Source of the DNA: Tissierella sp.
GTDB lineage: Bacteria > Bacillota > Clostridia > Tissierellales > Tissierellaceae
Length of the DNA: 64,000 nt
NCBI GenBank assembly: GCA_012735585.1
Contig: JAAYGX010000065.1
Span: 68-64,067 of the forward strand
Direction: 5' to 3'
Below are positions 18,037 to 27,700 of the stretch, in pieces. The translations under genes and the position numbers were made by a program. The notes beneath the pieces are model-generated. The model did no database searches. It was not told where the DNA came from and saw only the letters and a list, made by a program, of their open reading frames with translations. Each line of letters begins with the position of its first letter. Positions within the stretch are counted from its first letter, which is position 1.

Positions 18037-19545
18037 ATGGAATTATTAATGATGGGCTTAGAGGTAGTATTTGTTCCAAGTACTCTTGTATTAATATTTT
18101 TCGGTACTGTATTAGGAGTTATATTTGGTGCTCTTCCTGGAGTGAGTGCATCAATGGCAGTAGTACTAGGTTTGACTTTTACATATGGTTTGGACCCAGT
18201 AACTTCAATAGCATTTCTAGTAGCAGTATATTGTGCGGCTATAACAGGTGGAGGAATCACTGCTATTTTGTTTAAAATACCAGGAACACCTTCAAGTGCA
18301 CCAACTACATTTGACGGTCATCCAATGGCGCAAAATGGACAGCCAATGAAGGCGTTAAGTATTTCACTGTTTTGTTCCGCATTAGGTGGTATTGCAGCAG
18401 CTATAGCAATGTTTTTAATCAGTCCACAGCTTGCTACAGCGGCGTTAAAGTTTGGTCCTTCTGAATTATTTGCTATATCCTTCATGGGATTATCAGTGCT
18501 AACAGCATTAGATGAAGGGAATGTACTTAAAACATTAATATCCGGTTTACTGGGATTATGGTTAGCAACTGTTGGAATGGATCCTATTGGAGGATTTGCA
18601 CGATTTACATGGGGTAATTCAACCTTATTATCAGGTATTGAAATGATTCCTGTAATGATAGGTATGTTTGCTATTACTCAAGTACTAAAAGAAACCAAAG
18701 AAAGAAGTAAAATAGAAGAATTAGATGAAGCTGGACCTAAAAATAATACAGTAGAAGATAAAGTTATATCTATGAAAGAGTTATGGAATATAAAGGGAAC
18801 TATTGCTAGATCTGGTGTGATGGGTACTATAGTAGGTATACTTCCAGGAGCAGGAGCTACGATAGCTTCATTTTTAAGTTATACCTCAGAAGTAAAACTA
18901 TCTAAGCATCCTGAAACTTTTGGTAAAGGTGAGCCTAGAGGAATTGCTGCATCTGAAACAGCTAATAACGCGGCGACAGGTGGTTCTATGGTTCCATTGC
19001 TTTCATTAGGTATTCCTGGTGGTAATGCTGCAGCTATTATGATGTCTGCATTGGTTATGAAAGGTGTTCAAATGGGACCCCTACTACTTAAAACTCAACC
19101 TCAATATTTAAGTAGTGTGTTTGTATCCATGATAGTTACTAATATATTTATGGTTGTTGTATCCTTTGCTGTAGCTAAAGTGTTTGGTAAGATACTTTCT
19201 ATTCCTTACAGTATACTTGGAACTGTTATTATTCTATTGGCTACTATAGGAAGCTTTGCATTACAAAACAATACGGGAAATGTATTTTTAATGATAATAG
19301 CTGGTATTATAGGATTTGCTTTCTCAAAGTTTGGATTTAATAATGCAGCTTTAATTCTAGGATTGGTATTAGGAGAAATGATCGAGTCCAACTTAAGAAG
19401 AGCAATAATGATTGAGCAAGGTAATGTAATAAACGTATTTACTAAGCCAATTACAGCGGTACTTATGGTAATCAGTTTAATATCACTATTATGGCCAGTA
19501 GTTAAACCACTAATATCTAAGAATAAGGCTAAGATAGCTGGTTAG
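18037..19545 (+). CDS. tctA: tripartite tricarboxylate transporter large permease (TctA)
   Basis: 502 aa polytopic protein with TctA-typical segments (GALPGVSASMAV, GILPGAGATIASFLSY, SLGIPGG). Confidence 0.9.
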   Translation: MELLMMGLEVVFVPSTLVLIFFGTVLGVIFGALPGVSASMAVVLGLTFTYGLDPVTSIAFLVAVYCAAITGGGITAILFKIPGTPSSAPTTFDGHPMAQNGQPMKALSISLFCSALGGIAAAIAMFLISPQLATAALKFGPSELFAISFMGLSVLTALDEGNVLKTLISGLLGLWLATVGMDPIGGFARFTWGNSTLLSGIEMIPVMIGMFAITQVLKETKERSKIEELDEAGPKNNTVEDKVISMKELWNIKGTIARSGVMGTIVGILPGAGATIASFLSYTSEVKLSKHPETFGKGEPRGIAASETANNAATGGSMVPLLSLGIPGGNAAAIMMSALVMKGVQMGPLLLKTQPQYLSSVFVSMIVTNIFMVVVSFAVAKVFGKILSIPYSILGTVIILLATIGSFALQNNTGNVFLMIIAGIIGFAFSKFGFNNAALILGLVLGEMIESNLRRAIMIEQGNVINVFTKPITAVLMVISLISLLWPVVKPLISKNKAKIAG

Positions 19546-19574
19546 TTTCATTGGAATTATCTTTTTAGATAAGT

Positions 19575-19612
19575 AAACCCTTGACCCGCAGTATTGGGTG
19601 GGGGTTTATGTT
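19575..19612 (+). terminator. probable terminator after tctA
   Basis: AAACCC..ACCC / GGGT..GGGGTTT hairpin with an internal loop. The T-tail is short (TTTATGTT). Confidence 0.45.
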
Positions 19613-19658
19613 CTAAAATAAACTTGATATAAAAACTAACTAAGCAAAGGATGGTACT

Positions 19659-20702
19659 ATGGAAAACTTTTTATTAACGATAGTTGTAGCTCTAATTGTT
19701 GGTTATATATTCCTAAAACTTAAGGTACCAGGTGCTATGATGGTAGGAAGTATTATAGCAGTATCCATCTTGAACATAAGCACAGGATTGGCATATATGC
19801 CAGCGGTAAGTAAAACCATAGCACAGATTATAGCCGGTTCATTTATTGCTATTGGATTAGAAAAAAGCGATTTAAAAAGGCTTAAACATATTTATAAGCC
19901 AGCAACAGTTCTTCTGGTGGGAATGTTAATCTTAAATATTGTTTTAGGACTTATCATTCATTATACTAGTCATCTAGATTTGGTTACGTCTCTGATGAGT
20001 GCTATACCAGGAGGAATTAGTGAAGTACCTATTATAAGTGAAGAGATGGGAGCGGATTCTTCTACTGTTGCAGTTATGCAATTTACAAGACTAATATTTG
20101 GTGTGGGTCTATTTCCATTAATAATTAATAAGGTATCAAAGCTAAGGCATTTGAAAGATGGAGAAACAGAAGAAGTGTATAAAAGGTCGATAACCCGTAA
20201 TGATAGTATTCAAAATCTGCTCCTTACTATAATGGTAGCATCCACTTTTGGTATATTAGGCAGTAAAACAGGCATACCTTCAGCTACATTGGTTTTTTCC
20301 ATGATAAGTACTATAGTATTTAAATTGTCTACCAACAAGGGGTCTATGCCTAGGTGGATGAGATGGATAGCTCAACTATTATCAGGTGCCTATATTGGTA
20401 GTAGCATTGGCATGAATGAAGTAAGTCAGATGAGATATCTTATATGGCCAGGGTTTTTGTTAGTATCAGGCTATTTAGTAGCTTGCTTCTTAATAGGCAA
20501 TATACTACATAAGAAATATAATATGTCTTTAGCAGAAGCTATGTTAGCAGCTACACCTGCTGGTGCCTCTGATATGGCGTTGATATCTGCGGATATTGGA
20601 ATAGAAAGTGCAGATGTGGTGGTCCTACAGGTTATAAGAATGGTCACAGTGATATCTGTGTTTCCACAGGTATTGATGTTTATTCTTGAAGTCCTAGGAT
20701 AA
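19659..20702 (+). CDS. AbrB-duplication family membrane protein (putative transporter; not the AbrB transition-state regulator)
   Basis: 347 aa polytopic protein with two internally repeated halves (PGAMMVGSII... and IPSATLVFSMI...), each containing a P(G/A)G(I/A)S(E/D) element. Confidence 0.7.
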   Translation: MENFLLTIVVALIVGYIFLKLKVPGAMMVGSIIAVSILNISTGLAYMPAVSKTIAQIIAGSFIAIGLEKSDLKRLKHIYKPATVLLVGMLILNIVLGLIIHYTSHLDLVTSLMSAIPGGISEVPIISEEMGADSSTVAVMQFTRLIFGVGLFPLIINKVSKLRHLKDGETEEVYKRSITRNDSIQNLLLTIMVASTFGILGSKTGIPSATLVFSMISTIVFKLSTNKGSMPRWMRWIAQLLSGAYIGSSIGMNEVSQMRYLIWPGFLLVSGYLVACFLIGNILHKKYNMSLAEAMLAATPAGASDMALISADIGIESADVVVLQVIRMVTVISVFPQVLMFILEVLG

Positions 20703-20725
20703 TAAAAATATATTGTACTGAGGTT

Positions 20726-21769
20726 ATGTATATGTATAAAAGAGATATTAATATAAGAACTATTAACTTAGGGCGTAATTCTGAAAAGCAGAAAATAATA
20801 ATGTTTTTAAAGGACCATGACCTTTTATTCGAAGAAGATATCGACTATACAATTGGTGTATATCAGGAGGACTCACTTATTGGGACAGGTTCATTATCGG
20901 GAAATGTACTAAAATGTATAGCTGTTAATGGAGAATTTCAAGGAGAAGGCATCTTTAATAAGATAATTTCACAATTGATAAATACCCAGTACCAAAGAGG
21001 CAATATGCATTTATTTGTCTTTACTGGGCCAGAAAATAAAAAATTCTTCGAAGATACAGGATTTAGAGAAATATCATCAGTAGATGACAAAGTATCCCTT
21101 TTGGAAAATGATCCAAAGGGAATAGAAAAGTACGTAGAAAATCTTAAGCGTAGTAAGAAGGAAGGGGCTATTATATCTAGTATAGTTATGAACTGTAACC
21201 CCTTTACCTTAGGACATCAATATTTAATTGAAAAAGCTGCAAAAAGTAGTGATATAGTGCATATCTTTCTTGTATGGGAAGATCGTTCTTTATTTCCTAA
21301 TGATATTAGGTTAAAACTTTTGAGAGAAGGAACTAGCCATTTAGATAATGTAATAATCCATAAAGGAGAGAATTATATTATATCTAATTCAACTTTTCCC
21401 TCTTATTTTCTAAAGGAAGAAAATACGGTAGTTAAAACCCACGCTACTTTGGATATAAAATTATTTGTAGAGTATATTTGTCCAGTACTTGGTATTAACA
21501 AAAGGTTTGTGGGTAGAGAGCCTAATGATCCAGTTACAAATGAATACAACAAGGCAATTATGAAACTGCTTCCGATATATAATATTCAAGTAGAAGAGAT
21601 CCCGAGACTTACGGTAGGTGAAGGGGTTATTAGTGCCACGAAGGTTAGAAAATCAATTAAAGAAGGCAATATGGAGTCATTGAAACAGTTAGTTCCAATG
21701 ACAACTTATAAATATATAGTATCAGATGATGCAAAACCAGTTATTGATAAAATTAGAAAAGATATGTAA
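20726..21769 (+). CDS. citC: [citrate (pro-3S)-lyase] ligase
   Basis: 347 aa with an N-terminal acetyltransferase-like domain and a cytidylyltransferase-like core (NCNPFTLGHQYLIEKAA). Immediately upstream of citDEF. Confidence 0.9.
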   Translation: MYMYKRDINIRTINLGRNSEKQKIIMFLKDHDLLFEEDIDYTIGVYQEDSLIGTGSLSGNVLKCIAVNGEFQGEGIFNKIISQLINTQYQRGNMHLFVFTGPENKKFFEDTGFREISSVDDKVSLLENDPKGIEKYVENLKRSKKEGAIISSIVMNCNPFTLGHQYLIEKAAKSSDIVHIFLVWEDRSLFPNDIRLKLLREGTSHLDNVIIHKGENYIISNSTFPSYFLKEENTVVKTHATLDIKLFVEYICPVLGINKRFVGREPNDPVTNEYNKAIMKLLPIYNIQVEEIPRLTVGEGVISATKVRKSIKEGNMESLKQLVPMTTYKYIVSDDAKPVIDKIRKDM

Positions 21770-21790
21770 AAATGTCAAGGAGGTAATCAA

Positions 21791-22081
21791 ATGGAGCTGA
21801 AGAAAATAGGAATAGCTGGAACTGTAGAATCCAGTGATATAAGTATAATAATTGAGCCTACAGACAAGGGCGGAATTGAGATTAGTTTGCAAAGCGCAGT
21901 AATGAAGCAATTTGGCAGACAAATTAAAGAAGTAATAGAAGAGACAATGAAGAGTAAAGGTGTAAAAAATGCTACTGTTAGGGCTGTAGATAAAGGAGCA
22001 GTGGACTTTGTAATAAAGTCAAGAACTCTTACGGCGCTTTATAGGTCCGCAGATATAGATGAATACAAATGGGGAGAGTGA
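21791..22081 (+). CDS. citD: citrate lyase acyl carrier protein (gamma subunit)
   Basis: 96 aa with the prosthetic-group serine motif AGTVESSD near the N-terminus. Confidence 0.9.
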   Translation: MELKKIGIAGTVESSDISIIIEPTDKGGIEISLQSAVMKQFGRQIKEVIEETMKSKGVKNATVRAVDKGAVDFVIKSRTLTALYRSADIDEYKWGE

Positions 22082-22086
22082 TATAA

Positions 22087-22983
22087 ATGGTGAAATTACG
22101 AAGGACTATGATGTATGTAACTGGAAATAATCCAGCAAATATAATGGATGCACATTTATATGGTTCGGATTCCATTATGTTTGACTTAGAAGATTCCGTA
22201 TCAATAAAAGAAAAGGATGCTGCTAGATTTTTAGTATATAATGCTTTAACGACTATGGATTACGGTGATACTGAGACAGTTGTTAGAATTAATGGTTTAG
22301 ATACGCCATTTGGTAGGGACGATTTGGAAGCTATGGTAAGAGCACAACCAAATGTTATAAGATTACCTAAAACAGAAACCCCGGAGGATGTTTTAGAGGT
22401 GGAACGAATTATCCAAGAGATAGAAGAGAAGGTGGGTATAGAGGTAGGTACTACTAAGATGATGGCTGCCATAGAAGGGCCTCTTGGTGCTATGAACGCA
22501 TATGAGATAGCAAAATCAAGTAAAAGATTAATAGGAATTGCAATTGGTGCTGAGGATTTTGTAACTAGTATAAAGACTACAAGATCTAGTGAAGGAATAG
22601 AGATATTGGCAGCTAGAAGTCAAATTGTATTAGCGGCTAGGGCAGCAGGGATATATGCTTTGGATACAGTATTTTCCGACATAAATGATGATGAAGGATT
22701 TATTAACGAGACTAAGTTAATAAAACAATTAGGTTTTGATGGTAAGTCGGTTATCCATCCTAGACAAGTAAGTTTAGCCCATGAAGTATATACTCCTACT
22801 GATAAAGAGATAAAAAATGCTTTAAGGGTATTAGATGCTATAGAGGAAGCGGAAAGAAGTGGCTCAGGGGTTATAGCTTTAGATGGAAAGATGATAGATG
22901 GGCCAATTGTTGATAGGGCATATAGAGTATTAGAATTAGCTAAGGCAACTGGAGTATATAGAGAGGAGGATCAAAATGAATAA
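22087..22983 (+). CDS. citE: citrate lyase beta subunit (citryl-CoA lyase)
   Basis: 298 aa HpcH/CitE-family sequence (MFDLEDSV, AAIEGPLG, GAEDF). Confidence 0.9.
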   Translation: MVKLRRTMMYVTGNNPANIMDAHLYGSDSIMFDLEDSVSIKEKDAARFLVYNALTTMDYGDTETVVRINGLDTPFGRDDLEAMVRAQPNVIRLPKTETPEDVLEVERIIQEIEEKVGIEVGTTKMMAAIEGPLGAMNAYEIAKSSKRLIGIAIGAEDFVTSIKTTRSSEGIEILAARSQIVLAARAAGIYALDTVFSDINDDEGFINETKLIKQLGFDGKSVIHPRQVSLAHEVYTPTDKEIKNALRVLDAIEEAERSGSGVIALDGKMIDGPIVDRAYRVLELAKATGVYREEDQNE

Positions 22984-24517
22984 AAATGGAGTAGGTAGGG
23001 AAATACCGGCATATATAGAAGGTGTAGGAGAGCTTAAGGCTTATGAAAGTCCTTTTAGTATAATTCCAGAGGGAAATAAAGTAGGTCCAAAGCTAAAAAG
23101 ACCATTACCACATAAAAATAAATTAGTAGATTCTTTAGAAGAAGCTGTGAAAGCAGTAGGGTTAAAAGATGGGATGACCATATCCTTTCACCACCATTTT
23201 AGAAGTGGTGATTATATTGTAAATATGGTGTTGGATGTTATAGCACACCTAGGAATCAAGAATATTAAAGTTGCAGCAAGTTCTTTATCCACATGTCATG
23301 GACCATTGATTGAACATATTAAAAATGGTGTAATAACTGGAATTGAAACCAGTGGATTAAGAGATCCTCTAGGCACTGCTATTTCAGAAGGAATCTTAAA
23401 AAAACCTGTTATTATAAGATCCCATGGTGGAAGGGCAAGAGCTGTTGAGTCAGGAGAGTTAAAAATTGATGTTGCGTTTTTAGGAGCTCCAGCTAGTGAT
23501 GAATATGGGAATGCAAATGGGTTTTCAGGACCTTCAGCTTGTGGTTCATTAGGATATGCACTTGTTGATGCCAATTATGCTGATCATGTAGTATTAATCA
23601 CTGATAATCTAGTGGAATATCCTTGTTTACCGGCAAGTATTAATCAGACTCAAGTGGATTATATAGTTGAAGTGGAATCTATTGGAGATCCAAAAGGCAT
23701 AGTATCAGGTGCTATTAGAAGTACTACAAATCCAAAGGATCTATTAATAGCGGAAAATGCGTTGAAGGTGATTATGGCATCAGGATATTTTAAAAATGGA
23801 TTTTCATATCAAACAGGTGCAGCGGGAGCTTCACTAGCAGTAACTTCCCTTATGAAAGAAAAGATGATTGAGCAAAACATAAAAGGTAGTTTTGGACTTG
23901 GAGGAATCACTGCTCAGTTAGTAGACCTTCTAGAAGAAGGATTGATGGAAGGATTATTTGATACTCAATGTTTTGATTTAGTAGCAGCAGAATCCTTAGG
24001 AAAAAACCCTAAACATTTTGAAGTAGACGCAGGATTTTATGCCAATCCACACAATGCAGGTTGTGCAGTAAATAAATTGGATATTGTCCTTCTAGGAGCT
24101 TTAGAAATAGATACAGATTTCAATGTAAATGTTATATCTGGTTCAGATGGAGTTATAAGTCAGGCTTCAGGTGGACATTCTGATACGGCAGCCGGTGCAA
24201 ATATTTCTATCATATTAGCCCCACTAATTAGAGGTAGAATTCCAATTGTGGTGGATAAGGTGACCACTGTTGTAACACCAGGAGAAACAATAGATGTGGT
24301 TGTAACGGATTATGGTATAGCTGTAAATCCACTTAGGAAAGATTTAATTGAAAGATTCAAAAAAGAAAATTTAAAGATATATACCATAGAGGAATTACAA
24401 AAAATAGCGGAAAATATAACGGGAAAACCAGATACTATTGAATTTGGTGATAGGATTGTAGGTGTGGTTCAATATAGAGATGGTTCGGTTATAGACGTAA
24501 TCAGACAGGTAAAATAA
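22976..24517 (+). CDS. citF: citrate lyase alpha subunit (citrate CoA-transferase)
   Basis: 513 aa CitF-type sequence (ISFHHHFRSGD...). Overlaps citE by 8 nt. Confidence 0.9.
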   Translation: MNKNGVGREIPAYIEGVGELKAYESPFSIIPEGNKVGPKLKRPLPHKNKLVDSLEEAVKAVGLKDGMTISFHHHFRSGDYIVNMVLDVIAHLGIKNIKVAASSLSTCHGPLIEHIKNGVITGIETSGLRDPLGTAISEGILKKPVIIRSHGGRARAVESGELKIDVAFLGAPASDEYGNANGFSGPSACGSLGYALVDANYADHVVLITDNLVEYPCLPASINQTQVDYIVEVESIGDPKGIVSGAIRSTTNPKDLLIAENALKVIMASGYFKNGFSYQTGAAGASLAVTSLMKEKMIEQNIKGSFGLGGITAQLVDLLEEGLMEGLFDTQCFDLVAAESLGKNPKHFEVDAGFYANPHNAGCAVNKLDIVLLGALEIDTDFNVNVISGSDGVISQASGGHSDTAAGANISIILAPLIRGRIPIVVDKVTTVVTPGETIDVVVTDYGIAVNPLRKDLIERFKKENLKIYTIEELQKIAENITGKPDTIEFGDRIVGVVQYRDGSVIDVIRQVK

Positions 24518-24533
24518 GAAAGATAACACCATA

Positions 24534-25229
24534 GTGAGCAATATTACAGTAAAGGAAAGGGATAAGATGAGCGAGTTAAGAATTGGGATGCCTATAAGCC
24601 AAGAAGTATATCAAAAAATAAAATATGATATTCTGGAGAATAATTTAAAACCGGGAGAAAAATTAATAGAAGAGAATATTGCTACTGAATTAAATGTAAG
24701 TAGGACCCCAGTTAGAGAAGCATTAAAGCAATTGGATCAGGATGGTTTAGTGACTTATTATCCAAGAAGGGGATCTGTAGTAAGTGAGATATCCTTAGAG
24801 GATGCAAAGGAGCTTTATGAAGTCAGAGAGGTTCTAGAAGGATTAGCAATCAAACATATATGTATGAATATCAATCGAAAGGATCTAAAAAAACTTGGAG
24901 ATATCGTATCTAATATGGAAAAGGCAATGGCCAAAGATGATCATGAATATATGACAGAACTCCACAAGGTATGGAGTGAAACCACCTTCATGTTAATTCA
25001 AAATGAATTATTAAAAAGCTACTTAACATCTATAATGGATAATCTAGGTAGACTTAGGAAGATTTCACTATATAATCCTGTCCATAACTATGATGCTTTT
25101 AAAGAAACTAAGGATATATATAATGCTATAGTAGAGAATCAACCAGGGGAATGTGAAATTTTAGCCAGATTGCATGTGAGGAATGCAAGGAAAAGGTTTG
25201 AAGGAAATATAGGCCATATAGGAGAGTAA
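24534..25229 (+). CDS. GntR-family transcriptional regulator (FCD type)
   Basis: wHTH region (IEENIATELNVSRTPVREALKQLDQDGLV) plus an FCD-like C-terminal domain. An alternative start ATG at 24567 is preceded by AAGGAAAGGG. Confidence 0.85.
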   Translation: MSNITVKERDKMSELRIGMPISQEVYQKIKYDILENNLKPGEKLIEENIATELNVSRTPVREALKQLDQDGLVTYYPRRGSVVSEISLEDAKELYEVREVLEGLAIKHICMNINRKDLKKLGDIVSNMEKAMAKDDHEYMTELHKVWSETTFMLIQNELLKSYLTSIMDNLGRLRKISLYNPVHNYDAFKETKDIYNAIVENQPGECEILARLHVRNARKRFEGNIGHIGE

Positions 25230-25290
25230 TAGTGCTTAAATATAAATTATGAAAGATTTTATCAAGCTATAAATCAAAATGAGGAGGCCA

Positions 25291-26835
25291 ATGATGAAGA
25301 ATAATATAACAAAACTTCTCAATCAAAACAGTAAAGTACAACAAGGGGATAAAGAGAAGATTGAAAAACAACATGCATCTGGTAAGTTATCTGCAAGAGA
25401 GAGAATAGATCTTTTACTAGATGATGATAGCTTCATAGAAGTGGACAAGTTCTCTGGAAATGGTGGTATGGAAGAGAAGCTAGGATCAGATGAAGTATCA
25501 GCAGATAGCATAGTTGGTGGATACGGGACCGTAGATGGTAGGCTAGTATTTGTCTATGCACAAGACTTTACTGTAGCCGGAGGTTCAGTAGGGGAAAAAC
25601 ATGCTGAAAAGATTGTAAATATTCAAAAGATGGCATTGAAAATGGGTGCACCTATAATTAGTCTTATGGATTCAAAAGGTGGGAAAGTTGAAGAAGGTAT
25701 AGATACCATATCTGGATATGGAAAGATTTTACACCAGAATACAATTTCTTCAGGGGTTATTCCACAGATATCAATTGTTGTAGGACCATGTGCCGGAGGA
25801 ATTTCCTTCTCAACAGCCTTGTCGGACTTTACATTTATGGTAGATAAGACTAGTTCTATGTTTATAAATGGACCACAAGTAATAAAATCACAAACTAATG
25901 AGGACATAAGTCAAGAAGAATTAGGTGGGGCTATGGTTAATAATAGTGTCAGTGGTGTAGCTCATTTTCTAGATTATTCTGAAGAAGAGTGTATTAATAG
26001 GATAAGGGAATTATTATCATTTTTACCTTCGAATAACTTAGAAAATGCACCATCTTATGATTCTGTAGATAACATAAATAGGGTAGAAGATTTTTTAAAT
26101 CAGGTTCTTCCTGAAAACATATACGGTCCTTATGATATGAAAGAGATTGTAAAACTTATTGCAGATGAAGGATATTTCTTTGAGATTCAGCCTTATTATG
26201 CGGAAAATATTATAACTGGATATATAAGATTAAATGGTAGAACCATAGGTGTAGTAGCTAATCAACCAAGTATAGAAGAAGGGCTTCTAAGTATAAATGC
26301 AGTTAATAAGGCAGCAAGGTTTATTAGAAACTGTGATGCCTTTAATATCCCATTACTTAACTTAGTAGATGTGGCAGGTTTTGTACCTACTAAATCAGAG
26401 GAACATGGTGGAATTATTAGGCATGGAGCTAAGATGATTTATGGATATAGTGAAGCAACAGTTCCAAAGATTACTTTAGTAATTAGAAAGGCTTATGGTA
26501 GCGCTTACTTATCTATGTGTAGTAAAGAGTTAGGTGCGGACCAAGTATTTGCATGGCCAGGATCTGAAATTTCTGTTTTAGATCCAGAGGCTGCAGCAAA
26601 TATTATTTTCAAAGATGAGATAGCTAACTCAGCAGACCCTATATTGACTAGGAAAGAGAAGATTGAGGAATACAAAGCTTTAGAAGCCAATCCTTATAAT
26701 GCAGCTAAAAAAGGATATATAGACGATATAATACTTCCAAGTATTACAAGACCAAGACTGATATCTGCTTTTGATATGCTAGAAACTAAGAGAGAGACTA
26801 GACCGGGGAAAAAACATGGTAATTTACCAGTATAA
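25291..26835 (+). CDS. acyl-CoA carboxyltransferase, alpha subunit of a Na+-translocating decarboxylase (MmdA / transcarboxylase 12S-like)
   Basis: About 514 aa carboxyl-transferase fold (GKLSARERIDLLLD, VYAQDFTVAGGSVG, GIIRHGAKM). The true start is probably ATG 25291 or 25294, downstream of AGGAGG (25282-25287), not the tracked 25279. Confidence 0.88.
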   Translation: MMKNNITKLLNQNSKVQQGDKEKIEKQHASGKLSARERIDLLLDDDSFIEVDKFSGNGGMEEKLGSDEVSADSIVGGYGTVDGRLVFVYAQDFTVAGGSVGEKHAEKIVNIQKMALKMGAPIISLMDSKGGKVEEGIDTISGYGKILHQNTISSGVIPQISIVVGPCAGGISFSTALSDFTFMVDKTSSMFINGPQVIKSQTNEDISQEELGGAMVNNSVSGVAHFLDYSEEECINRIRELLSFLPSNNLENAPSYDSVDNINRVEDFLNQVLPENIYGPYDMKEIVKLIADEGYFFEIQPYYAENIITGYIRLNGRTIGVVANQPSIEEGLLSINAVNKAARFIRNCDAFNIPLLNLVDVAGFVPTKSEEHGGIIRHGAKMIYGYSEATVPKITLVIRKAYGSAYLSMCSKELGADQVFAWPGSEISVLDPEAAANIIFKDEIANSADPILTRKEKIEEYKALEANPYNAAKKGYIDDIILPSITRPRLISAFDMLETKRETRPGKKHGNLPV

Positions 26836-26850
26836 ATGAGGTGAATGTAA

Positions 26851-27222
26851 ATGGGTGAACAAATTTCATTATTAGATGCCTTGCTAGTTACACTAGTTAG
26901 TATGGTGGCAGTATTTGTAATATTAATACTAATATCATCATTAATTAATGGATTGAGGATGATTAGTGGAGATAAAAAGAAAACAGAAGAGGCCGTGGCA
27001 GAAGTAAAACCAGCCAAAAATACAGTAGAGATAGTGCCAGTGCCAGAAGTTGTCAAAGAGGATAATGAGGAATTAGTTGCAGTAATTGCATCGGTGGTCG
27101 CTATGCACTTAGGGCTAAATATTCCAGATATTAATATAAAAAGCATCAAAAGGGTTCAACAAAATAGTAATCCTTGGTCATCAACATCAAAAGCAGAACA
27201 ATTAAGGGGAAGACTTTACTAA
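26851..27222 (+). CDS. OadG/MmdD-family small membrane subunit of the Na+-translocating decarboxylase
   Basis: 123 aa with a single N-terminal TM helix (LVTLVSMVAVFVILILISSLI) and a C-terminal LVAVIASVVAMHLG segment typical of OadG-like proteins. Confidence 0.8.
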   Translation: MGEQISLLDALLVTLVSMVAVFVILILISSLINGLRMISGDKKKTEEAVAEVKPAKNTVEIVPVPEVVKEDNEELVAVIASVVAMHLGLNIPDINIKSIKRVQQNSNPWSSTSKAEQLRGRLY

Positions 27223-27245
27223 ATTAATTCTTTGGAGGTAATGAA

Positions 27246-27674
27246 ATGAGGAAATTTTTAATAAATGTATATGGTAATTCTTATGAAGTAGAAGTAGAAG
27301 AAATAAACGCTGAAGGAACAAGTCCTAGACCAGTAACTACTTCAACTCTAGCACCTAGGCCAACGCCAACTGTACAAGCTCCAGTAGTTCAGCCTGTTGT
27401 ATCCAAACCCGTTGTTGAAACACCGCAAGCTCAAAAATCCGAAGTGGCTGTCTCGGAGGGGCAGGAGGTAGTAGAGGCTCCAATGCCAGGAAATATATGG
27501 AAAGTACTAGTATCAGAAGGGGATATGGTTAAGTCTGGAGATGTTTTATTAATACTTGAGGCTATGAAAATGGAAAATGAAATATTAGCTCCAAGGGATG
27601 GAAAGGTAGTTAGCGTTACAACATCAGAAGGTTCAAATGTAAATACAGGAGAGAAGTTAGTAGTAATCGAATAA
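27246..27674 (+). CDS. biotin carboxyl carrier subunit of the decarboxylase (MmdC/GcdC / 1.3S-like)
   Basis: 142 aa with a Pro/Ala/Val-rich linker and the biotinylation motif [10 protein letters not shown]. Confidence 0.9.
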   Translation: MRKFLINVYGNSYEVEVEEINAEGTSPRPVTTSTLAPRPTPTVQAPVVQPVVSKPVVETPQAQKSEVAVSEGQEVVEAPMPGNIWKVLVSEGDMVKSGDVLLILEAMKMENEILAPRDGKVVSVTTSEGSNVNTGEKLVVIE

Positions 27675-27700
27675 CTTCGTTGAGAAAGGAAGGAAATTGA

